NCBI RefSeq assembly: GCF_018350175.1
Contig: NC_058368.1
Span: forward strand, 39,496,001-39,560,000
Direction: 5' to 3'
Origin: Felis catus
Taxonomy: Eukaryota
Length of the DNA stretch: 64,000 bases
Made by a program: the position numbers and the translations under genes. The notes beneath the pieces were generated by a model. It searched no databases and was not told where the DNA came from. It saw only the letters and a program-made list of their open reading frames with translations. Below are positions 1 through 14,510 of the stretch, piece by piece. Positions within the stretch are counted from its first letter, which is position 1, and every line of letters begins with the position of its first letter.

Positions 1-37
1 AGTCGGACGCTTAACGGACTGAGCCACCCAGGCGCCC
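1..37 (-). mobile_element. 5' head of a Can-SINE, cut by the window edge
   Basis: Reverse complement reads GGGCGCCTGGGTGGCTCAGTCCGTTAAGCGTCCGACT, the tRNA-Lys-like A-box head. It abuts the tail of the next SINE. Confidence 0.9.
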
Positions 38-238
38 AAATGTTTATTTATTTTTGAGAGAGGGAGAGAGTGCGCGCGAGCAGGGGAGGGGCAGAGAGAG
101 AGACACAGAATCCGAAGCAGGCTTCAGGCTCTGAGCTGACAGCACAGAGCTGGGTACGGGGCTTGAACCCATTAACTGCAAGATCATGACCTGAGCTGAA
201 GTTGGATGCTTAATGGAGTGAGCCACCCAGGCACTCCA
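38..238 (-). mobile_element. Can-SINE (SINEC_Fc-like)
   Basis: tRNA-like head, (CT)n tract and AATAAATAAACATT tail on the minus strand. Confidence 0.93.
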
Positions 239-266
239 GGAAGCTATTTTTAAAAAGGCCACAGGT

Positions 267-360
267 GGGGGTACTTGGCTGGCTCAGTTGGTAGACCATG
301 CAACTCTTGATTATGAGTTTGAGCCCCATACTGACAGTAGAGTTTACTTAAAAAAAAAGA
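267..360 (+). mobile_element. Short tRNA-Lys-derived SINE with polyA
   Basis: GGGGTACTTGGCTGGCTCAGTTGGTAGA head and A-tail. Degenerate TSD aaaaggccacaggt / aaaaggcaataggt. Confidence 0.8.
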
Positions 361-2820
361 AAAAGGCAATAGGTAAATGCTTCAAAAAACATTTATTGAG
401 TTCCCACTATGACCAGACAATATGGTAAAATTTAGCTTTACACTGATCTTAAATTGATGGCTGATTAATTATTTTGCTTCTCTGTTGATCTGTTAGCACA
501 ACGGTACGCTCCAGAAACAAAACAGACAAACATGATAACCCAAACAACTGTTTATATCCTCACTGTCATTTCTCCAGTTTTCAACTCACACTGCCGAAAG
601 GATTGTAAGAAATATGAAAAATCATGGCATATAAAAATATAACACACTAGATGGGAACCGGGAGACAACATTTTCACCGGAGAGACTTGAAAGTGATAAT
701 AAAATGGAAGACATATTTCCTCTCTTTAAAAAGAAAATAATAACCTAACTTACACTGTTTTAGTTTTTCAGTTAATACAGATGATTATTCTGTATTTATT
801 CAAGTGGAGTCACTTCCTTTAAAAAGCTATGCACAGCTGAAGCTAAAGAACTTTAGTCTGAATTCTTACCTTAGGTCTGTTTGATATGAGGATGACTCTG
901 AGAGCAGAAGCATCCTCTGCATAAATGCCAAAATGTGCTTTGATTGAACATGCTTCCCTGCACCCATCTAAGACACATACTCACTCAACTACCTTCAGTG
1001 TGTTGGGGATTCCATTGAGTCTCTTCTTACTCTACTAATCTGCAATACCTATTTCATATGAATTAGAGAATTCAGAACCTAAAAGAAAGCTTCCTCTAGT
1101 TTGACCCTGTCTATTTACAGATAGACTTGCCTGAGGTTAAGCAGCTTTCTACTAAAAGAGGAGTGAAAACTAGGATTCTCTATCTCTGTCTAATTTTAGA
1201 ATAAATACACAGTATAGTCATTTTTTTTAGTCCTGTCTGCTGGCACCATGTAATTGATCTTTCCAGACTTGTGTACATAAAAAGCATAAGATATAAGGTA
1301 TCCTTCATAAAACTATGAAATAATTCCATAACTCTAAATGCATATAAATCTTGAATTCAATCATATACTATAGAAATAGACATAAATATGGATTTTTTTC
1401 TAGAATTTGTTTTACTAACAACAACAAAAAAGGAAACAGATATATTAAATGAGCCAAATTTTAACCTAAACAGGAAACATTTCTCTATATTCCTTGGGAT
1501 TTCTCTATTCCTTTAAAGCTACAACACTTAAAAATGTCAGAACCATTTGGCAATAATTGTTGAAGATACGCATGTGACACATACTTTTAGTTTTTCTTTT
1601 GTTCTGTTTTATTTACTGCTGAATTATGGTAAAATACATTTGGGGAAAAAAATAATCATCCACAGACGAGAAATGTAAAATGAGTTGTAGGTATGTTAAC
1701 AACCTTTCAGTTAAAACAACTGTTGTTTGGCATTAAAAAACAAAACAAACAAACAAAAAAAACCTTCAATGAGTTACTATCCCTGAGATCTCATTTAATC
1801 TGAGATACAGTTTTAAACTATTAATATTTTAATTCTATACTGTTCTAAATTTAAATACCTTCTATGGCATTATAAAGTCAGATATCTTAAGAAAAATAGA
1901 CTTTAAAAAGTCCAATATTTATTAGAAGTAAACTGAGCAATGATAAACTATTACTTTCTGTTTTAAAAGTCCATTTATTTTCCTTCTGATAAGACATACT
2001 TTAAAAAATTTTTGAAGGAAACATTAAGAAACAAAAAAATAAAATATTATTACTTCTATTTTAGCATGGTTCATTAAATCTAAGGATAATTAGGAATTAT
2101 TAAATCCTATAAAAATAAATGTGAATACTTTTATCAGTGAACAAAAAACACTTATAGTGCATCTGGGGATAGTTCCTAAATATCAAAAAAGTATATTTAT
2201 AAAATGTAATAATTCATTACATATGTATGTGCTTTTAATTTAATAAGCATATTTTAATATTTCTCCCTTTTGATATTTACAAAAATAATAAAGGAAAAGA
2301 ATCAAGCAGCGCTATTACCTCAAATATAAAGAAAAAGGAATAAAAGAGAATGACTACAGATTTTTATTCACAAACTGTCACTTCAACATTTCTGGGCTTA
2401 CCCCACAGGTTGTGTGACCGACTATACACAATTCATGGCAGCGTCTAGTTCATTAGCTAATGGAATCATCTAGGCTTTTCCATCTATAAGTTCTATAGAG
2501 GTTGCTCCTAATGTTTTAAGAGCCTTTTAGCTTTATATTTTGTATTACTTTATAAATATTGTTCCATTTTTTAATTAAGAAATTAAGCTCTGGAGAAATC
2601 TTAAAATCCCATAGAAAATAGCTACTTTTAATGGAACTTTCTTGTAAGACTAGAAGTGAGATCAAATAGTGACAGAGCATCATATTCAGGGGATTGCAAA
2701 TTGTATTTCACAGTCCTTGGACTGCTTTATTCAATGAGTAAAACTGATAAAAATCATTTTTTGAAGAATGTGGGACACTTGGCACTTACGTGGGTTGAAA
2801 ACCATTGATTTAGTTTAATC

Positions 2821-3010
2821 CAGTGGAACAGTCTTCTTAAAGTATGTGTGGTGAAGTACTAAATTTTTGTTTTACCTTTTTCTTTGTTTCTCCTGTTTTT
2901 GTAAAATAAAATAAAAATGAATAACTAGAAAAATTCAACAAAAGCAAAGATATAAAATTTAAGTCCTCAGTGTTCTAAATATTAGATTTAATAAACTGTA
3001 TATAATATTT
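2821..3010. mobile_element. Old hAT/Charlie-type DNA transposon fragment
   Basis: Resembles the Charlie terminal sequence (ttcttaaagtatgtgtggtgaag...aataaaaatgaataactagaaaa). Recalled similarity only. Confidence 0.4.
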
Positions 3011-6000
3011 AAATTAGTAAATCAGAAAAATATCACAGAATGAAATATGTAGAATGTACACATATACAGAATATATGTGTAGATTATTGAAAGCATCCTA
3101 GTAGATGTATAATTTGGAAAATTATTACATACACAGCATTTTGTTGTTAGGAGTGAAATAAGGATTCTGAATGTTGAATATCTATACACTTAAATTGAAC
3201 AAACACATTCCCAATTTCTTTACATATCTCACCAGTTTAGTGACAAACTGGACTGCCACTGGTCTGCAGAGCATGCTTGGAGTAGCACCAGCCCAAAAGA
3301 CAGTTATTGGTTGATATCCAGTATCTATACTCTCTTCCCATTTTCCCATTCAGACTTTCTTTGGAGAACAAGTGTTTTCCTCTTATTAAAGTCAACTTAC
3401 AGTTTGGGTAGAATTGACTCATTTCCTAGACTTATTTGGCCTAAATTAAACCGTGTAATTCCACCTGTTATACAAGTGTTGGTTCAAGTTTGGGCGTTTG
3501 ACTTAAGTTAGCCCAATCAAAATAAAACTCAGAAGCTTTTCTTTATTTTGTAATAGTTAAGTGATACTCTATTAGTGTGAATACAAAAACGTGACTTTAG
3601 AAGCTATGGCACCGGAAAGAGAAGGGGCCTTAGAATGACGTTGTGATTGCAAAAGGCAGAGAAGTGATCTAGAAAGGCATTGGGTCAGTGATATATTTTA
3701 CCTTAATTAAAAATGCATAATATGGAACAGCAGTCTTTTGCAAAAGTACATAAAACAAAAGGTACACAATGCATACCTTTACACAGCTGCCTAGAACATG
3801 GAATAGGAAGGAGAATGGGAGTGAAAAATTGGGTTAAAATAGAAACAGTTATTAGATAGGACTTACACAGAGAAACAAATATGCTTAATTGAAAACTCTG
3901 CACCCACTGTCATGCATAACTCTACCTATACCGACGTCTAAGTCCATATCTGCATCCATAAATACCACTGTTTAGAAAGTTGTGTTCATGTTGACATTGG
4001 TGAGTGGCTGGATAAAACCAACTTTGAAACCTTCCTTGTTAACAGTCAATGAAAGGAAACTGTGAACAGCATAACCTGTTGGCTACTGTTGTGTACTTTA
4101 GTTCATTTTATAACCCCAAAATAAAATTTAATTTTGTTTCTACAGTCAGCATTCACTTATATTCATCACACGTTTATTAACTTGTTCTTCATTACTTTCA
4201 TTTTACAAAATTTCCCATTTTCGATTTTTGTCCTTCCATATGAAATACAACTTTTAAAATATTCTTTAAAGAGGTCTTTTGATGGCAAAATTTCCCCATT
4301 GTTCTAAAAATAAATTTTTTGTTGCTCTATTATGAAATGTAATTAAGTTTTAAGTGAAAAGTCATGTTTTCTAAGAAAATTTATATATGTATGTTATCCC
4401 ACTGATAAGAAAACAGCAGTAAATGTAACATTTTATCGGAAGACATTTTATCATCTTTCTTCCCTACCCCTTTACCCCCACCCTCTGCCACTTCTATTTG
4501 TTCTCTAGATTTCCTCTTTCTCTTCTTGAATTTGTGTTTTATTGGGATGTTCTAGGCGTAGATTCATTTTTATTTATCCTTCATGGTTTTATTGGGATCT
4601 ATGGATCAGAATGTCTTATAAGTTGTGAAAAATTTTCAAATCTTATTCTTCAAATGTCCTTCTGATTACTTTTTTTCTTTCTTTTTTTGTGTAGAACTCT
4701 GATTAGATACACTAAGAATATAGCTATGTCTTCCCAGTTCTGTAAATGGATCAGAGGGAGGTGCTTTCCTCAATTGAATGCCTACTTTGGGTAAATGCTG
4801 GCTTTTGTCTTCTATGTTTCACAAACTACCACAAAACGTATACTGTGCAGAGACCAGAACAAAGTGAAATATTGAACACAAAGATAATTTACTGAACTGG
4901 ATAAACTAAAGTTTCAGTTTTCATAGGTTCAAAATTTGTGAAGGTGACATTTGCAGGTTTGGTCGGGGTATAGGTAAGCAGAGTGCTAGAAATGAGAGTT
5001 CCTCTTATTCATATTTAAAATATTTAAAATGATATGTAATTATTGAAATGTATATATGCACATTTAAAGTTTTTGCAAGAGAATGTGCTTTGTACTGTTT
5101 AAAGTAAACTCATTTTGGTTTACATTCTCCATGAATATGAGTAAGTCTTTTAGAGACTGTTTACGGCCACCTGACAGCTTACTACTTTCATTTAAATCTA
5201 GCTCTAAGTTGCTTCTGTTCATATGTGAATACGTACACACATACAGACATGCAAAAACACACTGTCTCTTAAAGTGGTTTAAAATTTCACTTTCTGGTAA
5301 AATGTATAATGATACCAATAAGAATGAACATGTCAAAAGGAACAATGTTTCTTAGCATAAAATGAAATTGGGGGTAATATTAAAAGCTGCTGTAGCTTAG
5401 ATCCATGATGTTAAAATGTTTTTGAGGTGATGGAATAAGTACAAAATTTGGGGGGAAGGGACAATGGTGGTAAGCAAAATGAGTGCTGTGAAAGGGCTCT
5501 AATTAGAAACATCTTAGGGACGTTTGTCATAACTCATGTGCTTGCTCCCTGCTTTACTTTTTAGAACATAAAACTGACTTGGAAAAGTAGAATGGAGGTA
5601 GAAAATGAGAAAGAGACATGCATGACATTTTCTGTTTTGTAGAAGTATTTACTCTATTTAAAAATATGAAGTTAATTTATGCTATAAGAATAATTTATTT
5701 CCACAAATCACTGTTATTTATCTTTGTGAATAGTATGCATATGACCTCTCGCTAAAAATTGGATGAATAACCTCTTACATTACTTAGTAGATATGCATGT
5801 GTGCATGTGTGGTTTTGCACCTTTATGCTTTTGTTTGTTTTCCTCGGTTAAAGCAAATAAACATATAAATGGGCTTTATATAACTACTCATCCTGATATT
5901 GGTTATAATAGTTATAAGTAGATGAGGTTTTAAACTAAATCTAAAACTCACCCACCCTTCATACTTAATACCAAATTTGTTGAAGCAGTAATGCAGTTCT

Positions 6001-6674
6001 CCTTGCCCATCATATTTTATGAGGGTATAAGGATTGAAGTTACCTTCTCTGAGTCCATTTAAAAAAAAAATATGTGGCTTTAGCAAATTAAATCCATGAA
6101 CCTCCACCGTCAGTTTAACACATAGTTGACATTGTCTCACAATGTGAAATTTGCTCACCCAAAGTAGAGTGTGATGTAGAGAATAATGAGTTTTTAGATT
6201 GTTTGTTGGCAGAAAAGTGACATGCTGGAAATGATCTGTTCTATGTATCCAATAGTATTCAACTGATGTTCAATGAAATTTAGGCCAGAAAAGATACGGA
6301 AGTCATTAGTAAATGAATTGAACTTGACAGTTCCATATATAAACTGCTCTAAATGTATCTAGATAGAGGCAGCATTAACAAATAAAACCTATTTTTTAAA
6401 AACTTGAACATACCCTTCTTTCTCAACTGTATAAAGCTAGAATGTAAATTGTTGTGTTATAACTAATGTATGCAATAGAGCTGCATAAAAGCTCTAAAAT
6501 TAATAATAATATTAATAATATGATTATTCAAAAAGATAATGTATTCTCTGGTTATTTGAAACCTTCAGTCATTAAGTACATCATCTAATATTTATCTTAT
6601 TGAAACGCGTATGAATAAAATCTGGAAATCACGGCACCTTGTTTATTTCTTCATCCACTGATTTAAAAGAATCA

Positions 6675-8410
6675 TCAAGATTGCTTTGGCTATTTGGGGT
6701 CTTTTCTGGTTCCATACAAATTTTGGGATTATTTGTTCTAGCTCTGTGCAGAATGCTGGTGTTATTTTGATAGGGATTGCATTGAATATGTAGATTGTTT
6801 TGGGTAGCATCGACATTTTAACAATATTTGTTCTTCCTATCCAAGAGCATGGAATCTTTTTCCATTCTTTTGTGTCTTCTTCAATTTCTTTCATAAGCTT
6901 TCTATAGTTTTCAGTGTACAGATTTTTCACCTTTTTGGTTTGATTTATTCCTAGGTATTTTATGGGTTTTGGTGCAACTGTAACTGGGATCGATTGCTTG
7001 ATTTCTCTTTCTGTTGTTTCATTGTTGGTGTACACGAATGCAACTGATTTCTGTGCATTGATTTCATATCCTGCAACTTTGCTGAATTCATGAATCAGTT
7101 ATAACAGTTTTCAGTGGAATCTTCTGGGTTTTCCATGTAGAGTATCATGTCATCTGCAAAGAGTGAAAGTTTGACTTCCTCCTGGCTGATTTGGATGCCT
7201 TTTATTTCTTTGTGTTGTCTAAATACAGAGGCTAAGACTTCCAATACTATGTTGAATAAGAGTGGTGAGATTGGACATCCCTGTCTTGTTCCTGACCTTA
7301 GGGGGAAAGCTCTCAGTTTTTCCCCATTGAGGATGATATTAGCATTGGGTTGTTCATATATGACTTCAAGCTATACTACAAAGTTATAATCATCAAGACA
7401 GTATGGTAGTGGAACAAGAACAGACACTCAGATCAGTGGAACAGAATAGAGAACCCAGAAATGGACCCACAAACGTATGGCCAACTAATCTTTGACAAAG
7501 CAGGAAAGAATATCCAATGGAATAAAGACAGTCTCTTCAGCAAGTGGTGCTGGGAAAACTGGACAGACACATGCAAAAGAATGAACCTGGACCACTTGCT
7601 TACACCATACACAAAAATAAACTCAAAATGGGTGAAATACCTACATGTAAGACAGGAAGCCATCAAAATCCTCCAGGAGGAAGCAGGCAAAAACCTCTTT
7701 GACCTTGGCCTCAGCAGCTTCTTACTCAACATGTCTCCACAGACAAGAGAAACAAAAGCAAAAATGAACTACTGGGACCTCATCAAAATAAAAAGCTTCT
7801 GCACAGTGAAGGAAACAATCAGCAAAACTAAAAGGCAACTGAAAGAATGGGAGAAGATATTTGCAAATGACATATCAGATAAAGGGTTAGTATCCAAAAT
7901 TGATAAAGAACTTATCAAACTTAACACCCAAAAAACAAACAATCCAGTGAAGAAATGGGCAAAAGACATGAATAGACACTTCTTCAAAGAAGACATCCAA
8001 ATGGCCAACCGACACATGAAAAAATGCTCCACATCACTCATCATCTAGGAAATACAAATCAAAACCACAATAGATACCACCTTACACCTGTTAGAATGGC
8101 TAACATTAACAACTCAGGCAACAACAGATTTGGCGAGGATGCAGAGAAAGAGGATCTCCTTTACATTGTTGGTGGGAATGCAATCTGGTGCAGCCACTCT
8201 GGAAAACAGTATGGAGGTTCCTCAAAAAACTAAAAATGGAACTATCCTACGACCCAGCAATTGCACTACTAGGCATTTACCCAAGGGATACAGGTGTTTT
8301 GTTTCGAAGGGACACATGCACCCCAATGTTTATAGCAGCACTATCAACAATAGCCAAAGTATGGAAAGAGTCCAAATGTCCATCGATGGACAAATGGATA
8401 AAGAAGATGT

Positions 8411-8461
<51 letters not shown>

Positions 8462-8849
8462 ATACATAATGGAGTATTACTCGGCAATCAAAAAGAATGA
8501 AATCTTGTCATTTACAACTACATGGATGGAGCTGGAGGGTATTATGTTAAGTGAAATTAGTCAGAGGACAAAAATCATATGACTTCACTCATATGAGGAC
8601 TTAAGAGACAAAACAGATAAACATAAGGGAGGGATACAAAAATAATGTAAAAACAGGGCGGGGGACAAAACATAAGACACTCAGGAGAACAAACTGAGGG
8701 TTATGGGAGGAGTTGCGGGAGGGGGGATGGGATAAACGGGTAAGGGGCACTAAGGAATCTACTCCTGAAATCACTGTTGCACTATATACTGACTAATTTG
8801 GACATAAATTTAAAAAAATAAATAATAAAATAAAAATAATAAAAATAAA
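6675..8849 (+). mobile_element. 5'-truncated, 5'-inverted LINE-1 (older carnivore subfamily)
   Basis: 6675-7361 is ORF2 RT-region sequence on the minus strand ([16 protein letters not shown]...RPQIAKAIL). 7362-8849 is the plus-strand continuation (DFKLYYK..., [12 protein letters not shown]), then 3'UTR and A-rich tail. TSD aaaagaatca (6665-6674) / aaaagaaaca (8850-8859) at a TTT/AAAA site. Carries stops and frameshifts. Confidence 0.95.
8413..8466. repeat. (TA)n(TG)n microsatellite inside the L1
   Basis: Seen directly. Confidence 0.95.
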
Positions 8850-11800
8850 AAAAGAAACACTTCAAAATAATTAGCATCAGTTGCTTTTTATACATGGAAA
8901 TAAAACTTACTTCATCATCTGTGTTAATGATTCAATCTTAAAATTTATGATTCCTTAATTTAATTTTTCAGGACAATTTTTTTTATCATTCTCTACAACT
9001 TCTTTGTATGTTAGAAGATATAATTTAGATAATTGTCTTTGGTTACTTTATATTGTTACCACTAAAACCTTCTCTATTTTGTTATCTTTCTTGAAGAAAC
9101 TAATATACAGGAAGTAAGAATGTTTTGACCAATGTAAAGTGGCAAAAAGTTCTTAGAAAATACTGGTTAGTTCATACCCTATTAAATTTTTCAATTTAGA
9201 TATTGCACTGAGTATCTAGTTGAATATAAATTGATATAAAATAATATGGCTGTAAAGTTTTTCTGTTTTTTCCCTTGGGTGTTTAGTATAACATTAACAG
9301 AGACAGTTAAATATACACAATTATACAATGCTACTTAATTTTACATTTAATAGTTAGTAATTATAATTACAAAGGATGGCCTGGCTAGGGCTGATCAAAT
9401 GTCCTCTTCCCTGGGGAAAGGTGAAATGCAACATTATGCAAATTTATTTCACAGTGGCTTCTTGGTGATTTTTTTTTTCAATTCTTGGGCCTTTTTACCT
9501 CTATCTTCTCTGACATGTGTTCCTTCATGCAGAAATACCCTTCTTTTCTAAATTTTTGGAATCTCTTGGACATTGGCATTGTTTTGATTAATGATCTCAT
9601 TTTTATTCATTCTAGTTAGATCTTGCTGAACAAAAATGTCCTTTTCTTAACTTTAGCAATGACTTTTTATTCTTAAGGTTACCACTGAGGCACTCAAACA
9701 TTACTCTATGCAAGTTCTCAGACACCTTTATAAAACAGAGCTTTAGAACTCAAGGCTCCTAATCAGCAAGTCCTTTCTTTTTGTTCAATAAGAACATTTG
9801 CTATTAAGTAGCCAAAATTTAGAAAGAATTTTACTATCTTTATTTAATCTACACAATAAAATTGGTCTGCTAAATTCAACATTATGATCATCATACAATG
9901 AACACATTATCACTCATAATACCTCAAATCCATAACCATGCATGTATTTGTTCTGTTCATTTTTACTCTAATGCCTTTTTATTTTCAATCATTATATTTA
10001 AAAAGAGGAACTTAATTCCTTACTGTGTCACATAGTGTTTTGGATGTATTAAATATTTTATATGCATTATAGTGAGACATATTTGATATTCTTGTTTGGT
10101 GAAACCAAGGTAAATTGGAAAAATTTGTTTAACCTCTCCTTCAGAGGAATTTACCGAGCATATTCAAAAAGAAGAGAACATGACTGTATTTTCATTGAGA
10201 TATGCACATCTACTTCCCTGTGACCTGATGGAAACATTCAGAGTTGAGTTATATTTTATGTTTGTAGGTCGAACAAAAGGTGTTTTTGATATTATTTAGT
10301 TTTCAGGCACTGTATGTATTCACACCATTAATTATTAATTATTCACAGATTTGCTTAATAATTGTCAAGGCTTTATTCTGAGTTGCACTGGACAGGGGCA
10401 TGTCAATTCATGTCTTTTGTCTGTCTATATCTTCTATGTATATTGCTGCAGTCAAATTGCTCAAGAAACCATGGCATCAATTGTTAAGGTGGCCAAACGA
10501 ACTGCAGTATTCTCTAGCTAATGCATTTTTCACAGAAATGTTACAATATAGTGACTTTGATCTAAAGGCAATTTAAATATAAACAAATTCAATATTAGTT
10601 CAGCTACAATCTGTCAATTATCTTCATATTTCCTATGTGAATACATTTTCTAATATAATACAGCTTCTATGAAACAAATAGTGCTATTTATTTTCATGCT
10701 TTATCTTAAATATAAAGTATTAACTTTCATGTAAGCAATCACTGGTACAGAGAGAACATTGGGAAACATATTGGAAATTAACATAATTATATCAAGAGTT
10801 CCCTAGCGGTCAAGAGCATTAGTACTCAAATTGCATTATGAATATGCAAATCCAATATTTTTGATTTAGGTCATTTGTCACTGGTATCAGAAATTGCAAG
10901 TCACTGCTGGGCTGTCTAAACTTCTGAAAGAGCTTCAGGTGACTGGTGACTTAATTCAAAAGAACCTTCTGGTACATCAACAATCTATCTGAACTGTATA
11001 AGATCTACTGATAGGCAAATTTCCTTTATGTTCTCACTTTGTTTAAGCACTAGCACACAATCTCCCTTTCCATTCGTCTTACGTTTTGGAGTGATGGAAA
11101 GGCACTGAATGAAGAGCAATTCCTCTGAAACTGGTCTTTATCAGAAGCAATTATATTTGGGTAAAATATGAATTCAGAATCAAACTTACATTCAGTTTGC
11201 TCACCTAGCTAGTGCTTATTCCTCTGTTGTGCAAGGATCATTACTTTTAAACTGTGAGTTTAGATCATTAATTTATTAATTTTTAACTGTGATTACAGAT
11301 ATTCAGCTTGCAGCTGGATTTATATAGCATGCAAACACTTGTATAGGGCATAAAATTTGAACAGGTCATAAGTGCAGAAGTGGTGTTGCTAGATACTTAT
11401 CGCATGCCATGACAAATGGGTGCAGCTCAATGAATCGGATATTAGAATGTTATTTTGCAGCATACTTCAGCCACTTCCATAGAGACAAGGCTGCTGTTAG
11501 TTGCATACTAAATATTGTTCTGACTTAGATCATTCCATCCAAATATAGACAGGTAAAAGAAAGGAATTAAACTAATAAGTGATAAATAATTTTCAAGATA
11601 AATAAAAAGAAAAAAACAATATTGGCTACAAATTTGCCTCTCTTCAGGAACTTACTTGTTTCATAACTTTGCCAAATTATATGACCTCTCTAAGATTTAT
11701 TTACAGGATGATTATGAGAATTAAATAGTATTCATAGTAAGCAATTAACAGCATGCTTGGTATATAAAAGATACCAGAGAACACTTAGAAAATAAGTTTA

Positions 11801-11859
11801 TTGTTATCAAACTGTGTATTTTTTGGAATAAGTAGTGCCTAGTGTTTTGAAATTATCCC

Positions 11860-12375
11860 TCCAATCTCATTTTCTCTTGACATCCAGCTCACTCACTCCC
11901 ACTGCAGCCATATTGGATCTCTGTGCTTCTTGGACACTCCAAGTATTCACTCTTTACAGGGCCTTTGCCCTCAGCACTCTGTCCCCATGCAGACTTGTGG
12001 CTCACTTCCTCTCTTCTGTCAAATTTTTGCTCATATCACACTCCAGCAATGAGGTCTTCTCCTGGCTACTCTTTATACCCTAGTTACAGTGCTTTTGAAG
12101 TCTTTATAAAATAACAATATGCTCACACCTGGCAGTTTACAATCTCCCTTACCTAACCTGTTTTTTTTTTTCTCTTTAGTAAATTTCACTGTTTAGCTTA
12201 TAATAAATTTAATCATTCATTCATTTATTATCCTCTTCTCCCACTCCTCATTCCAAATAAAACATAAATTCCATAAGGCTAAGAAAATTATGTTTCCTTC
12301 AAAGCATTTTCTCTAGCATCAACAGTGCTGGACAAAATCTATATTATTTTTAAATGAATGAATAAAGAATAAATG
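11860..12375. mobile_element. L2 3'-end fossil
   Basis: cagggcctttgccctc motif ending in the aatgaatgaataaa tail typical of L2. Confidence 0.55.
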
Positions 12376-14109
12376 CATTTTTAATTTTTACATATTAGAC
12401 ATAATTTAATACTATATTTAACAATATTACCTAGTCTCTATCTTTTAATCCAGAACAATGCAAATCTAGGTTATTTTATCCCAGGGATAGATTTTCACAT
12501 GTCCATCCATTAATTATTTTTAAGTTAGGGCTTAAATTATAATTTTCTTTTTATTTAATGAATACAAAATATGTCTGTGGGCTTTATCCTTACAATAAAC
12601 AGCTACTCTCTTGCCCCATTTCTAGGTAATAATAGGTATTGATCTGTAGTCTCCATCTGGAATCAAAAACTAAAGGTAACTTCTCAGGAAAAAAAAAAAA
12701 GATCGTTCAAGAAGGACACACTCAATTCACACAGTATTTATCAAGTACCTACTATGTTTGCTATAGCTCTAAGAGCTACAGAGAAAATGAAGATGAAAAG
12801 AAATACTATATCTTTGAACATGTTTAATATTTTTGAGAATACGAGAGGCACATGATAATCATATAAAAGATCTTAACAAGTCAACCATTTCTCTTTTCTT
12901 TTCCTAATGTCTTGCTTATGTACTAAATATATTCACAGAGTAAACACATTGAGAATCTCAGTAAGTTCAATAAAAACCTCAGCTCCTCAACAGAATCACT
13001 ACCCTGGGGCTGTTTGTAGTTTCCAACATACAAAAGTCAGTACTACATTAAAATTAGATGATCTATATTAAAAATCTGTATGAATGAAAACAAATAGCAT
13101 CAAAGGAAAATGTTTATCAATTGGGTACCCAATCTTCACAGGAACTTATATTCCTTAAAAGTAAACTTAATATTGTTAAAAGATTTTTCAATGATTAAAC
13201 GAATTCAAAAATGTTTATTATGGTCTCAGTAAATATTACTAATATAAGAAAGCTTTGATGTTTTAATTAATTAATTTTAATAAGCTATATTCTTTAGCTT
13301 GCACAGAAGACCATGATGTTTTAACTGAAAAATGGTCAGAGTATTTCCAAAAATCTTGTTGGTCCTAAAAATGTTCTAGATATGTTTATTCTTTTTGGTA
13401 AAGCGTCATGTAAACTACTACTCATAAATATGTCATAAATGAAGGACATGGCACGAGGTGAGAAGTTCTTAGAAAAGGAAGTGTGTAAAAACAACCTCAA
13501 TAATGAAAGACCTTTCTAAGCACTCGTAAGTTATTTGCTTTTTTTTTTCCTCCAGCATATACACTTCTTAGATCTAGTACATCAGCATTAACTAATAATT
13601 GCCTTTACTTTATGTTTCTCAATATAAGAGAAACATACAAACATACTCACCCTTAACCACCATTAAAAAAAATGTTGCTTAAAATTTATCAATCAAATCT
13701 CAAATTGACAGATTCTTACTAAAATTAAAGATTCAGTCATAATGGAAAGCTCAAATCTGTTTCCTTATTCAAAAATAATAAAGTTTTCTTGACTATTAAA
13801 AAATGATACCAATTTCTCTTATCACGTAATTACTTCAGTTGCTTCTACCACACACTTTTAGCAAAATTATACATCGTCCTATCTTGCTGTTAGTTATTTT
13901 ATTATGTTAATGTCATTTCACAAGATGATATATTTTTTAAAAACCTGTTAGCTTTATAAACCTGTATCTCAATTGCTTATTCTTTATGAACCAAAAAAGT
14001 TTGTAGTATTCCTTTTAAAGTGTTTGCTAGAAGACAGGAATCAGAAGATATATAAGATGTAGTATCGTGTCTCTCAAAGATCCTTAGGATCATCCTACAG
14101 GTGTCTCTG

Positions 14110-14510
14110 TGTTCTTTGAACAGGCCAAGGTCTTTTCCTACCTCAGTATTTTTGCACTTGCTGCTCTTACTTCCCAGAATGCTCTTTGATTGGATACCAT
14201 CAATTCATCCATATTCCTATCCTTTGGTCTTAGGACATATCCTTAGCAGGGTCTTTTCTGATCGTTTTACAGAAGATTGATGCTTTGAATATGCTTCACT
14301 CAGTCACATATTTTGTCATATATTACCCAATTTGTTAATTTCATGACATTTCTCACAATCTGCAGTCATCTTGTTTATTTACTCTAACTTCTCCTTACCC
14401 CATGCATGTGAACCCTGTTAGAAAGAGAACATATCTCTCTTAACTTACTATATTTTCTTGCTCAAAACCTGTGCTGACACTCAATAAGTGTATTAAATTA
14501 ATAAACAAAT
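14110..14510. mobile_element. L2 fossil
   Basis: tttgcacttgctgctctt...gacactcaataagtgt resembles the L2 3' end. Confidence 0.5.

Noticed and set aside
870..1078. Possible minus-strand exon (acceptor ctttcttttag, donor AG|GTAAG)
   Set aside because: Stops occur in all three frames and there is no other support.
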